In this document: one piece after another, positions 28,906-43,539 of the stretch
Numbering within the stretch: the stretch's first letter is position 1
Layout: each line of letters starts with the position of its first letter
NCBI GenBank assembly: GCA_964035545.1
Contig: OZ037766.1
Coordinates: 13,878,722-13,942,721, forward strand
From: Bugula neritina
Taxonomy: Eukaryota > Animalia > Bryozoa
Direction of reading: 5' to 3'
DNA: 64,000 nucleotides
Position numbers and translations under genes: made by a program
Notes under the pieces: generated by a model
What the model saw: the letters and a program-made list of their open reading frames with translations, nothing else
Database searches by the model: none
Told to the model about the DNA's origin: nothing

Positions 28906-31900
28906 TTAGATTACAGAAGGCTGCACGCTAATAAAGGCCTCTTTATTAGTTTTGGCATCATCAGTGATATTTGCAAGTTGATATTGCGTTTGAGTGGTAG
29001 AACCTGGTGGAGGTCGATGTATTGGCCGCCTGCGGGAAGAAGGCGCAGAACTCTTAGATGAGTAAAGCCCTCCATAACTGCTCGTAACTTCAGTCAGTGC
29101 ATTGTTCAAAGAATAAGCAGCTTGACGTGCATTTGGTGCAGCAGTTGAAGAAGAATTTTGTTGTGGTATATATGTCCTAGATGGAATATTACTATTATTA
29201 GATGGAATATTACTATTATTAGATGTGTATGAAGCTGGTGAAGCACCACCATTCATATGTGGTACACTAGAAGTATGAGATGGATTGGAGACGGCAGATT
29301 GATTAGATCTACTACCAATATTATTAGCAGTGTACGAAGAGGGAGGCTTTGATTGGTGTAATACTGGAGGACGGTCATTTTGGTGAAAAGGACGCGGGTT
29401 TTGTTGCTGCGAGTGGATATGCATTTTGTGTGTAGAGTCACTTCTATCTGGAGAAGGTGGGTAAAATTTCTTTTCTTGAAAGTGAGGAGTTGAGTTTGAA
29501 GACGACTCTTGATGCAGAGCTGTGGCCGGAGAAGAACGCTGAGAGGACAGAGCTGCTGAGTCTGATGGTGGTGACAGGTGGGCAGGCGAATCATGGTAGT
29601 TTCTACTGCGATTTGGCTGAGGCATCAAATTTCCAGATACAAGTCTCTTGAAAGTATTTTCTTTTGGGTGAGCGTCACCACCTCTTATGTGGCGTAACTC
29701 AGATGTTGGAAGGATAGGAATATCTTGGGAACTAGCACCTTTATTATTACTCTGCTGTGCATTTGTATGAGGCATTTGGTTCTGTGGTGCATTCAAATGG
29801 TGCGGTTGGTTCGCTTTAGCTGAAGGTAAATTCGAGTTTGGCATCTGAGATCCAGGACGAGCATATTTATGATTGGCATACAAAGGGTTAGAAGTGGCGA
29901 TGTCACCAGAGTCAGCTCTGTCCACCAATTTATTTGAGTCATTTCTCTGTGTTCTTAAATTCTCCGAAAATTGATTGCCACCAGAGACTCTCGAATCTGG
30001 TTGGGTGCTACTAGGTTGATGATACTTATCATATTTACTAGACCACATTGAGCCTTGGTCTAAATTGTGTTCTAAAGTTCTGCTAGAATTAAAAGGAGGG
30101 ATATCACCATTTTTCTCTGTACTGCTTATTGATGAACCAGGACTAGATTCACCTGAGGAGGATAATGGTTCTTTGGTTGGAGTGGATATATGCAAGGATA
30201 AATTATGAGAGCGCTGCGGAACTTGTGAATGATGTGGTGCATTACGCGAAACAGCAGATCTGTAAGGTTCAGGACCATCTGATAAAGGTGGAGGGGGCGG
30301 CAGATATGCAAGACTATCTCTAGAATATGCTTCTGGACCTTCATCTAATGGCGGTGGAAGATCAGCCACTGTATTAAATGACTGAGAAGGAATACTACTA
30401 GAATGTCTAGAGCTGCCGGGTAGAAATGGACCAGGCGGCTGGCCGGGAAATCTCTGTGGGTACTCATTATATGGACTGTTGGAGGAACTTCCATACCCAT
30501 AGCTCTCATTAACATGGCCTATAGGAGGTTGCAGACCATGGGGTGACTGTGGCATGTCACTATCCACTCCTGAAGATGCGGTCACCGTAGGAACCCATGG
30601 TAGAGAACCAGGTCGCTTTCTAGTTGACCCGTTATTTTGACTACTACGTTTAGATCTTTGACTCGCACGATTACTACGCTTACTTTGTCTAGTACTGTTT
30701 GGTGTTTGAGACGTGTTGCTTTCTATGAATCTTTCACTTCTGTTGGACCTCAGACTAGCTCGCCCCGACATCGCCAATGGATCTACTCGAGTTAAAGTAT
30801 TTTCTCGATCTACTCTTGATGATATGCTTGATCTTCGTGAAGTTGGCACTTTATAAACTTGAAATATTGGGCCTGCAACATAAACAAAATAATATTAACT
30901 GCACAGAAAGACACCAAAGGCTGCTTGTAGCACACAAAATAAAAACTAAAATCATGAGATAAAGGCACCTGTTCTGTGATTTTTACCTTACGGCATACTA
31001 CATAGACATAAATATACATGTTGTATAGCAAAAATGAAAAAAAAGAGCCCTCTTACAGAAAATTTTTTTTACTAGACTAAAACAGTAAACCTAGACTCCT
31101 TAAACTCAAAACCTATCAAACACTCAAGAACCAAATAAGTTTTTTAGAACTGAAGAACCACCCATTAATTAATTGTGTATGTGAAAACTTGAGTAACTTA
31201 TTAAAGTAGGAAAATTTAGGTTCAAAACAGCAGGTAGCAACTTGTTCTTTATTCTAGGCAGCCTTCACACAAACTGTCCAACTTATCTAGCTGTATACAA
31301 ACAACATTGACAGGGTACTAATGTAGATGCACTGCTTCAAGGCAGTGATAACTAGACAATTTAATTTCAATCATGGCTAAGATATGCCATGACATACAAA
31401 TCAAGATGCATATCATAGCAAAAAACATAAGAAAATAACAAAATAATAGTTAGATAACCTCATGACACTGTAGTATATACTAGAGTCAGCAATAGAGACA
31501 GGTGATAGCAGGTATGATACTCATAGGTATACTTACTAGGGTCAACCTTTGCCTTTAGCACATGTATTACATATGATGATAATACACATCCAACAACCTA
31601 GAAACAAAGATTGGAGCACCACGTTCACAAGATGAATCAGTTTCATGAATGTTATTGATAATGTAGACAAAATGCTGAAAACTACACAACCAACTCATTT
31701 CTAGTTACTTTTAGTTACCACAAGTTGCAAGAGAGTTATCATCTCTTTTTGTGAACTTGACTTAGCAAAGTTTTCCACAAACTTGTAAGAAAAGTGCATA
31801 TAACTTTCAAATGTAAACAGTACCTTTATTCTCAGTACATCCAAGATAACTTACACATAACAGTACTTGTAGAGATGCGTGTATAACTTCTACTAGATTC

Positions 31901-34699
31901 CCGTTTAAAGCACAAGTATTAGTAGCTGCACATTCCCGAGTACGTTTCACCCACCACGAGATATTGGATCCAAAGCTAAGTATGGAGTACGAGTTCTAAA
32001 AGAATATTATACGCTTAGCTTAGCAGCAACATTAACTGGTATGATTGTAGCCACAAGGAAACTAACATTTTAGGAGGGGCCGAGAGGCTATGAATAAGTC
32101 TTTAGCCCGCTTTAACAAAAACCCTTTCTACCAGGGGTTGCTCACAGGGAGTCTTGTGAGAGGCTATGAATTAAAGCGATCAAAGATCTGTGACTTGTAG
32201 AGTTTAAGCCAGGCCACCTGGGTGTGGAAACAGAGAGATTACTGTAGTAGAGCATTTTTTTAGTTATACACCTGGCCACAACAGCAGCTTGCTAGTTTCT
32301 GTTATGTCAAGAAAGTGGCCAGAACATACAGTCTACACAAGTTAGGTGTTTGAGAAGTGATGTAATATTGCTCTACATACAAAATCAGCTTCTTTAACAG
32401 CTATGGTTGCAGATTGCTAGAAGTTTAATAATAGCACCCCTGGGCTAAAGTTGCTGTTTAGCATATAGTCCTTAGGTAATCTTAAGGCCAGAGTCAAGTC
32501 GGTAGTCAGTCATAAATCAAGGGGAATCACAAGGTCTAGGTTTAAAATAGTAATAGTTGTAACACTGCATGTTCTAGAGGCTAGTAGGTGTATTATGACT
32601 AGCTCTGCGTACATCTTCTCAAAAACACAATTAGATGAAAATAATGGTCTGATCAATGATTGTAAAAATATAGTATTGAGTTGCAGCAGTTAAACAAGTA
32701 CCAAATAGTGTAGATGCTTAAGTCAAGGTCAAGGAAAGGTCAGCTTCATAACTTGCGTCTAATCCACTGCCTACTACCTAACACAATTAACAAATGCCAA
32801 GTATTTTGTACAGCTGCTTAATAACGTTTCTAGTGGGTGTATATCTCTTATATACTATTATGCATAATGATTCACCAGCTTTCCCTACCAGATGTTCACA
32901 TAGCATGGCATATGTTCACATGCTACACACTCCTACATAACTTCATATCAACATGAAATATGAGGTACTCCCACTTTGCCTACAGCTACAAGAGTTGTGT
33001 GTAGGGATGGTAGTCCAGGTAGAATATACATTGAATGACCCAAAGCAGTTTTCAGAGGTCCATAAAGTCAAGTTATAACAAGTTTTTAATGGCAGCAACC
33101 CTTGGAAAATGTTGCTGTTGCCTCAACAACTTGGCCAGTAGAAGTTTATGAGATCAAAAGTATAACCTTAATCCTATTTCTGCATCTTGACTATAAATTA
33201 TAACTTAGACATACAAGTTCTACATAAAGAGCAATAAATGAGAATCGATAAAGCTACATGGTATACATTAATTTTAAGGCTAATAATGAAATCAAATAAA
33301 TTATTAACACAGCTTTTAAGATGTGTGAACCATATAAATTATTACTGATTTGATTCTTTGAGTCAAACATGTTGTAACCATGGTAACTATTGTACCAACT
33401 CACCTCATCAAAGTTTCCTACTGGAAGATAAAGGCAAATGACAAAAATATTCCAGCCAGTGTAGAGAAGGGTCCACACCAGGTACTGCAACATTGTATAA
33501 AACTAGTCAATATGATGCACACAGGAGCTGAATATGTCATCTGATAAGTGTTTACACCACAGACATATTTAGTGAACACCCCAGACAAGAGCACAGAAAC
33601 AGATATTATATCAAATTACAAAGATTACAATGGATGACTTGTAAAGAACATAGTGACTGCATGTTGCACTACAAATCACAAGTACTTAAAACAGATATAT
33701 CTTAGCTGTAAAAACATCAAGTGGTTTAATAGAGTTGAGAGTTTTATTGTGACACGAGCCATGAGAGGCGACATAAGATACTGACAACTGTTTAAAACTT
33801 TATGCAGCATATTGGTGTATTGCCTACTGGATATGTTATAAAAGGGAAATGCTGCTACCAGATGAATGATATATTGATTCAGCCGACACAAAAGAGTTGT
33901 GAAGAATATCAAATACTGAAAAATAAAGTAACTCACAATGAGAGAATAGTGAATAAGGCTCAGAATACTAAGTTGTTAACTAAAATGCACCAACACAGAG
34001 CCAGTGGAGAAACACACATTCCAATTAACTAATATTTTTGCTATAGAATAAATTACCATGACTAACTTCACCATTATTGAGCATTAAACTTTGGCAACAA
34101 GAAATTGGCCAAGAGTACTATTATATGCATACTAGTTTATACCTACGATATATTGCGCCACAGAATGCTTTCAATAACCAATGGTGTGCAAATTTACAGT
34201 ATTCAAAAATTAATCATCAAACTTTTTAAAAAAGTAAAGCAACAGAGAACATAGAACACTGGGTATAACCAATTATTAAAAATATAGTTTACTCACGGCA
34301 ATAATTAGGGTGTGTTTGTACAGGCATAATCCAAATATTGCTATGATAATAAAAATGACTTGAATAAAGCAGGGGATAAAGGCCAAGTAGAGGTATCCAA
34401 GAAAGTTGAAGACTAGCCATTCCACCACTGTAATCTGAAGGTAAAGCAAGTTAGACATCTAATTTTAAGCTAAACTGAATCTGTTCTATGCACAATTTAA
34501 CATAATCAACCTTATACACAATTTATTATGCCTAGCAACAAAAATATTGGTATTTTATATAAAATAGTATACATGACAAAGCAACTTCGGAGACTAATTT
34601 GGCAATGGAATTGAAATTTTAATTGGCACTTGAGAACTTTCTTACCAGCTGTAAAGTACAGACAACCAGAAATAACACAGAGGCATTGCAGCAACCCAT
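28906..34699 (-). CDS. NKAIN: Na+/K+-ATPase beta-subunit interacting protein (NKAIN) with a long disordered C-terminal tail, about 813 aa
   Basis: Exons 34699-34646 (MGCCNASVLFLVVCTLQL), 34434-34297 (VEWLVFNFLGY), 33484-33404 (YLVWTLLYTGWNIFVICLYL), 31995-31855 (SWW..C..C..EVIHASLQVLL), 31597-31537 and 30872-28906; phases consistent. Probable non-coding first exon ending at ~36332. Confidence 0.88.
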
Positions 34700-35189
34700 T
34701 TTTCAGTAACAACACCTCCAAAATACCAGCGCCAACTTAATCATTTGCTCTGTATTCTGCTCTGTACCTTACAATGGCACATTCTGAAAACAAAAAAGCA
34801 TGTCAATTTGAACAAAAAGAAACTCATATATAAAAATATAAGTGTTGTGGATAGAAGTGCCTATTTTTGAACCAACTACAGTAAATGGTTCAGCCAACAT
34901 TCTGTGAGTCAATGATAAATCACACACTATATAATAAAATGTAATATAACTAGTGAAAAAAATAATGTTTCTATTGCAAAGCTAATTTAACAGGTGTGTG
35001 AATTCAAGCTAGACAACTCAAGTAGCTCTTTAAAAGATATTATTTTAGAGTTGAACACAATATAAGCATAATTTAGTTTCAGTCAGGATTATACCATCAA
35101 GTAAAATGACTTGATATTAACCAAGGTATGTCAAACAACATTCACATTGACAAAAAGCTACTAAGAGACTTTTCAGATTCAGTTTTCTA

Positions 35190-36245
35190 AAGGCAAATGA
35201 TACACTGATTCTCAAAATAATACTGGTGCTAATGATAATGAATACCACTAGAAATATCACTATCAGGATGATAATAATTACAATAAATAAATTTAAATGT
35301 ATAATTATGATAACAATAATATCTAAATAACCGTAAGTACAACTAAACATATTACTATTACTACTAGTAGGTACTATTACTATTAGTAGTAGTATTAGTG
35401 GTACTACTAGTAGTAGTACTACTATTAGCACTACGTTTACTACTACTACTAGTGATAGTACTACTAAATATATATTTTTACATTGAATATATAACTTGAA
35501 ATAATCATCATCCTAATATAAATATCACATTATAATTAAATATCAATATGAATATGTAATTGCCATGAAATTAAATAACTATAACTTAAACTTAGATCAA
35601 GTGCAAGTTTACGCTATAATTACTATTAGCCTTATAGTTTAAGTTATACTTACAGTTACAACTTATAAAATTGAGTATGACATTAACAATAAGTATAACA
35701 TTAGGATTAACAATAACATGTGTTACTGTTTCACACACTTACTGCCACTGCCACTGCGAGTGTCTGTATGTTACTACGTTAGTAAGTCTAACAGGTGAGT
35801 ACTAGTGCTGATAGTGATACTGCTGCTACTACTAGTACTACTGCTACTACTTTTATTAGTAGTACTATTATTACAGTACTAGTAGTAGTACTTCAACTTG
35901 TACTGGTAAAACTAAATATAAAAAACTAAAAGTAAAAGCAAAACTTAAACTTGAAGTGATACTGCTGCTACTACTACTGCTACTATTTTTACTAGTACTA
36001 GTAGTACCATTATTACAGTATTAGTAGTACTAGTAGTACTTCAACTTGTACTGGTAAAACTAAAACTTAAAACTAAAAGTAAAAGCAAAACTTAAACTTG
36101 AACTTAAAGTTGAAGTTAAGCTAGCACTAGAACTAGAAGTACTAGTAGAAGTACTAGTACTAGTAGAACTAGAAGTAGAACTAGATCAAGATGTTTACTA
36201 AAACTAAAAAGTAAAAGTAAAACTAAAAGTAAATAATTATCATGG
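35190..36245. repeat. ACT/AGT-rich periodic low-complexity tract including a ~143-bp tandem duplication
   Basis: (TAC/TAG)n and hexamer arrays (aactag aagtac tagtag...); duplicated block at ~35813-35955 and ~35956-36102. Confidence 0.75.
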
Positions 36246-37800
36246 CAAATAGATCACGACATAAACAGTTATAATTCAGTTAATTCTCGTCTAAATTTTT
36301 GTGAAATAGAAAATCAAACAGAAATTCTCACCAATGAATCATGGTGAATGAATCAGATTATGAAGTACATATTTTAATCATACTGATACTCATTGTGGTA
36401 GTAATTATTGTTCTTACTTACTATTCAGCTTTGCTCAGCGGTAGGCTTCCGTAGTAAGTGCTACACGTCGATTATTGTGTCGTAATGGCCTCGTATTTAG
36501 GCCGAACGCAATTTTATTATTGAGGAGACAATAGCTAAATGATTCAATAACCTGTTGGACCATTGAGCTAGCTAGCTATATGCATTTAAAATATTATATT
36601 GATTTGAATGGCATCTCTGTACCTGGGCACGTGGGCTGAACAATTTTTATGATGCACTATAAACAATGGCTAATTTGTCTTTATTGTATATTTTATCTTA
36701 TAATTTTGTGTTATATCTCTAATACCATGTGTAGGTGTTGTTCTACTTCTTGTTTTAAATTTGCATATATCTGTCTGAGATTATTTGTGCATTATATTGG
36801 CAGTTTTAATGCCTAAAGGTAGCTGCATTTTTATTCAATAATCACTGAAATATGATGGCTATACAAAAACAGCATCTTACATTTGTTTTCGCACAGTGCA
36901 TACCATGTAGAGATACAAGCAATTTTTCTAATTGCACTAGTTCTAGCAAGTATGTGTAGAAGTTGTCCACCTATGACAAAGTAATGTGTTCCAAACCAAA
37001 ATACAAAGTCAAAAGCTATAAATACAAGATTGGCAAAGATATGCATCTCTGTATCTAACAGAAATATATGGCAATCTTCAGGCTAGTAATTTACTTGATT
37101 ATATAACTTATATAAATATCAGGTTTGTAGAATGTTTGCACATATAAAAGGTTTTACAAACAAAGCTATAATTATATTTTTATGCAGCTTTAACATTTTA
37201 AACAAGTCAAGTTTCTTTTTTAAGACCAGGAAAATAGTTTTTGAAATATAAAAATTAGCAATTGAATCAACAATCCATAAAAAGTATTATTTTTATAGTC
37301 AAGACTCAAGACTAGTTCATGTAACTCAACGAATTGCCAAGTTATACTAGTTGCATTGTTAGTACTTTGGTTATTATTGCTTAAACTAGTAAGGTAAATG
37401 AGAAATATGAAAGTAGGTTCAATAAGCTAAACCTATAAGTGTATATATAACACACAATAATAATATAAAGAAATAAGAAAAAAGCAGATACAAATACAAT
37501 ACAAAAAATATACATTGCACTTACATTTATTTTAACTACATTTGGTTAGGACTAAAATTTAACAGCATGTGACAATAGGTGTAGACTAGCTACTGAAACA
37601 TAACAAAAAACTCACGTTTGTTTTTGAAGTCTTCATCCTAATACTGATAACAAAACGTAAAAGTATAAGCCTATTAATTGAAAGGTATAAGATATAGCAT
37701 AAGTTATATTAATATAAATTACAAGTAAACTAATTCTACCTCACAGGCAGGATTTGAATGAGATTTGATAAAATTGGTGACAACAAAGTCAATCGTTGAA

Positions 37801-40800
37801 TTAAGAAGTATTTTCTATAACAGGAAACTTTTTAGAAGGCGGCAAAGATACATTCCTTACTGGAGGTGGAGGTTTGGGCTTTACCATCACAGCTGGCTTA
37901 TCAGCTACGGAAGTATTGCTGGTATCAGAACCACTGGGCAAAGACTTCCAGTTAGAAACATGAATGACTTTTTCGTCACCCGATGAGGGTGTAGGCGCCG
38001 TAGAAACTAGAGTAGGAATAGATGCCATTACTGATTTGCCTCCAACATTCGAAGTAGCAGCTATTTTCAGTGTCTTTTTAGGAGTGTGAATGTTTGTGGC
38101 AACACTGGATGTAGCCGGCACAGCTTTCGAGGATACTCTAGTCGGAATGGATGTGCCACTAGCCAAGATAGGCGAGGGTATAGACTCAGAATGTTTACTA
38201 GCTGATGCATGCTGTAGTTTGGGACTAGAGACATTGGATGATCTATTGGAGACTTGGGATGTTCCAGCAGAAGGTCTGTAATATGATATACGACTCTGAG
38301 GAGATGACTGTGCTACTGTAGAAGGTTTACTGTTAGAGACATAAAGAGCCGTCGAGTGTTTCATCTTAGCAGACTCCGACTGATTTCCTTGAGCTGATGC
38401 TGCCAGCTTACTGTCACCAGGGGGCTGAGAGGAGGGCAACCGACTAGGGCCCAAGTCTACATGAGAAGTTTTCGATTCTACAGAGTTAACAGCTCTTTGC
38501 TGTAAATGATGATGTGAAGTCAGCGAAGTTGACAGCACAGCTGGTGGAGGTACAGAATGATTGCGACTAATTACAACAGATCCACTCAGTGCGTTGGCTG
38601 CAACTTCGTGACTTTTTACACTGTTAGAAGGAGTTTGAGTAGTCACATTACTAGCTATGTGAGTGTCTGGTGTGTCGTGTTGTAAACTAAGCACAGTTTC
38701 TTTTATATCAGTAAGTTGGCGAAGCAAATCTTTAACTTTTGATTCCTCTTTCCGCAACCTGACTTTATATTGTTCTCTTTCAATGTCAAAATCCATCAAC
38801 TGCTTTTCCATTCGAGCTTCTAACTGCAAAAGTCTGTTGTCATCAAACTTTTGTCTTTCATCTTGTTCTTTAAGCAATAAATCTGCAATAGTCTTATTCT
38901 GTTTTTCAGCTTCTGCCATCTTAGATACCATCTTCCGTCTTTCTTTGATCAGATCTAGAGCTACCTGTGCAAAGGTAAGTAACAACAGCTACAGCTTTAA
39001 TTTTAAAACCTACTCAAGTAATTAACTAGCAACTAGTGTGTTATGTGTTTTCATGCATATTTAAATAAGATTTCCCAACTTTGCAGAAACTTAACACTTG
39101 ATTTTAGCTTTTTGTTTTCTAGTAACATTTAAATTAATCATCAATCTAAACTATATGATAATCACCTAAAATGCAGATTGGAACAATTTCAATACCTGTT
39201 TATGCTTAGTGGCAATTTGTATCTGGTGGCTCAAATGTGACTTTGTTTTTTTCAATTCTTTTTCCAATGACTTTAGCTGACTTTTGGTGTAGGCAAGCTA
39301 AAAAGTTTAACAGTTATATTTTACATTGAATAACAGAAAACTTATGTTACAAAAAATGCATTACTCAAATAATTTTCAATTTTAGATAAACTTCTGAGTA
39401 GCTGGACTCATTCTTTTGGGCTAGAAGCAAAGCTGTATACCTGGAAAAATATTGATTAGTACATTTATCGTTTAATCTATATATTTCACTTAAGTTACAT
39501 ATTTTTATTGACAACATATTTTAAAATAAAAACTTTAATGCTACTGTTTGCTTAATTTTTTATCAACATTTCAAGTGTTTTACATGGTAATAATAACAAA
39601 AATACAATTTTGTGTTTAAACAATTTATGAATGTAATAAATGTGAAGGTACAAGTCAAAACCTGAATTATTTACAATGAAGATATTATAAAAACCCTTAA
39701 AGTTTATAACACTCCTATGCCACTAGCGGCTCCAAGCTGTTGACCACTTTATCATAGTCGACGCCCGATGAGTTGAGTCAACATAATTTTAAAAAGGAAG
39801 AAATATAAATATAAATACAGAAGTGTGTAGAGTCACAAAATCAGACTAATCATGCTGAAACGTTTCTATGATCATAATTCTGGAGAAAGACAACTCTTTA
39901 GTTGATAGAACACTAGAAATTTGTTCAAATGCTCATGGTGACTACTCTGCACCTACTGCATATTTCGATTTTGACACTGACAGCTAAATTTGAAATTAAA
40001 TAATTTAAGTTGTCACATCACCTCTTACTGGATTAATTTTTTAAAATAAATTTATCATTGCTAAAATTGAAGAATAATCTAATCATAACAAGTCAATTAT
40101 GTAGACAATCACATCAAGTTCAGTCAACATTTAATTGCCACTACTGACTGCATGCTAAATAAAACTTTAGATACAAGTTGTTCTATTTGAGTGAACTAAA
40201 AATACAATAATATTTATTTGTGGGCATAGTTGGTCTATTGAAAGATGAATCACATAAAAATTATTTTGAGGGTTCCAAAGAAAATAAAAACACTTTAAAG
40301 TTCAGCTGTATAATTCCAGTAAAAATGCTACTTTTTTGATTTGACAAAATTAAATCAAAATCATATGCTAGGTCACCCACATTTTGCTCGAGTTTTTCTC
40401 TTTCCTTTTCAAGTGCGACAGTAACATCATCTCCTTGAGCTGTATCATGAGCATGTCTTTTCCTGGCCTCTTCTAGCTCTTTGTACACCTTTAATATATA
40501 TTATAATTATATAGATGAGAACGAGCTTACGACAAACAACTTTATAGTTACAGTACAGTATAGTATTGATCATCATCAGCAAAGTTGACTCAAATTGATG
40601 TTCTACTTATATGTTAATTTTTTTAAGTAATTTAGTTTTGATAAAGCAAATCAATCCAGAATTGCAGAAACTTTTGTATTTTCTATAAATAACTAAACGT
40701 CAAGAAAAGAGTAGTGTAGGCAGTATAAATAAAAGTTTTTTTATAATGAACGAAATGTGTGTATACATCTATGAAAAGTAAAGCTCAATTTATTTGGATA

Positions 40801-42407
40801 TGTATTATGTTTGCTAAAATAATTCTAGGCTATCAGACAGTACTAAACAACAAGTTTTTAAACAATTTTCTTTGCTACTCACATCAGCCTTATTTTTCAA
40901 AAAATATGGTAGCAGGCTTTACCTTTATAATATTTTCTGCTAAAAATTAAGTTTTTAATTCTGCATATTTACGTGGATGCCTACAACCAACTGTATAAAA
41001 GTTTAGAAAATACTTCTTAGAAATGTAAGAGATTTTTTAATGAGAATATGGAATATCATGAGGAACAACCTTCTTATAGTTCTCATCCGCTGATAGCTTT
41101 TGTTCTCTTATTGTAGCCTGGGCTCTTCGTTGAGTTTCTATGAGATTCTCTAATTGCTGCAACTGATCATCAAATGAAGACTTTACCTGCAACATTACAG
41201 ATAGAAAACTACTAGCATTAATAACCTACTGGTAGTATTTTTAAAATTTATTAAACATGAATATCAACAAATTCGTCAAGGTAATCTCCAAATAGAATAA
41301 ACACTGTGTTTATTTGGCTTAAAGGAACTTGCATACAAGTGTTTTCATCAAGTTAGCCAGAAAGTTTGTCTTTTCAAATTTTATCTCCATTGTCTAACAC
41401 AATTTAGCTTTTATAAAAGCAAAGCCAATGTTGACTGCCAGAACAGCTTTACAGTATAATTACTTCTCAACAAATGCATATTTTCTAACAGGCACTACAA
41501 ACACAATAAGCTGTATAAGTGTGCAACGTACTTGATCGTGATCAAACTGGTCATCTAAAACTTGTTCCGAGTCTCTTTGTAGTGCAGTAAACGGATCGGT
41601 GATTCCAAATCGTCCATACTTTGCTCGATAGAACGCCTGCTTTGTTTGCTGATTCTTGAAAATATATAAACAGATAATTTACAAAATTTTAGTCAACATA
41701 TTGCTAACATTTAGCTGCTAACAAATTTGATATTAATTCGGATTTTATTTGAACAGACAAAAATATTATGAATAAAAAAATATAGTTTAAAAATCTAATC
41801 AATCACACCAACAATGTATATTCACTAGAAACCTAGAAAGTTGAAAAGCAATTCAAACTTGACTAAAGAAACTGCCAGTAAAATACTTCGTGAATCTTTA
41901 CCACAACACAGACAAACTTAAGGCAAATAACCATGTTGCCATCAGCACTATCAGTCTATTTAATCATCAAGAAATGTAAGACTACGGCCACAAACTGTCA
42001 ACCTACCATCAAATCTCTAATGACTGCATCTCTGCTATGGACATCATGCTCTAAGTGACGTATAAGTTCAATTAAATCTCTTTTATTAAGATCCAACAAG
42101 TTAGCCTACAAAATAAAAGATAAGAAATTATATTTACCTAATTCCGACATAATGGATAATAAATATGTTAGTACTCAATGAAGTGAATTTAATCTTAGAA
42201 ATCTATACTTTTCTTTCAACTATGAATGCACATGTACTATTCATTCAAAATAATAATATATACATCAGTATAGTTACTCATAATAACTATTCATTTTGAA
42301 ACAAACAGCTATGCTACCCTATGAAACTATGCTTTAATGAGACAAACCTTAGGGATATTCGCAAGCTCCTCCTCTTGGGCCTCATCGCGCCCATATGCTG
42401 CATCCAT
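37801..42407 (-). CDS. CTTNBP2NL: CTTNBP2 N-terminal-like protein (CortBP2 domain, STRIPAK-associated), about 590 aa
   Basis: Phase-0 exons 42407-42348, 42105-42007 (LNKRDLIELIRHLEHDVHSRDAVI), 41654-41532 (KYGRFGITDPFTALQRD), 41186-41070, 40488-40381 (HAHDTAQGDDVTVALEKEREKL), 39297-39196 and 38964-37801 (FDIEREQ, Ser-rich region, KPKPPPPVR). No ankyrin repeats. Confidence 0.85.
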
Positions 42408-43539
42408 TTATACAGATGATGTTTATGTTATACCAACTTCAGCAACATACTTCTTTAGATACAGCTGTTGAACAAATAAAATTGTAATACTAGGTTTGAT
42501 TAACAAGATAAATATTAGACTGTATACTTGTGCAAGATTATTTAGTTTGCAAACCCATTTGTTAAGGTTTATGGTAAGATTTTAATGTAAGAAGGATATT
42601 TAATTTGCTTGCGCCAATCTTTCTATACAGGAATTTAGACTGACATTTGTCTGTATATAGGGATTAGAAATTATATTTATTTTAATCAAAAATCGAGTAC
42701 TTTTTTCAAGCACCACAACACTAGGAAGTAATTATTTATAATTTTTGCAGAATAGTAAACAAGTCAATTAAAGTAAGACTTATTAGTTATGTTTTAGCGG
42801 AATATCAATGGTACTAAACATCAGCTCTTGAAAATTTACAAAAATACTTTGAGCTCTGCTAAAATCAAAATATTTTACAAAAGAACCAAAACTAATTGCA
42901 TACTAAGTTGTTTATTTCTAAGTCTTTGAAAGCTTTTAAAAAAATCAAAAAAAGAAACAAATCATTACATATAAATACATAAAAATGAATTAGTGCTAGT
43001 TTCACTCATTACTTTTAGTTCTATTTTTGATTATACATTACTTGCCTCTATCAAAGTAAATCATTTGTAACAGTATCACCAAGACCAAGTCAAGTGACTT
43101 AAAACTAATGACTTGAGTCACATACTTAAATTATTGGCTTGACTTTTCATCAAAATATTTAACTCATTAATTTTGATTGACTTGTTGTAGGTCATTGAAT
43201 CTAAATCAGTCAAAGTTTTAAGGTGAATGAATTAGTCTTTTAAGCAAATTTAAAACAAGCCCTAAATAATTTTTTTAATACATAACTATTTAGGAACCTG
43301 CTAAAAATTATGAAATGTTATTTAAGTAATCCACTATAATGTTATTAATGATATTAGAAAAAAATAACCGGCTATTAAAATTAGAGAATATTTAATCCCT
43401 AATATGTGGTTAATTGATTTCATTTTTATACATCGATTATTATCATAGATCAATATTATCATTAAAATAAAATAGAAAAAAAGCTACTAACTCATACCTT
43501 GATATTCGATTTCGTACAAACTGATATCGATACTTCTAC

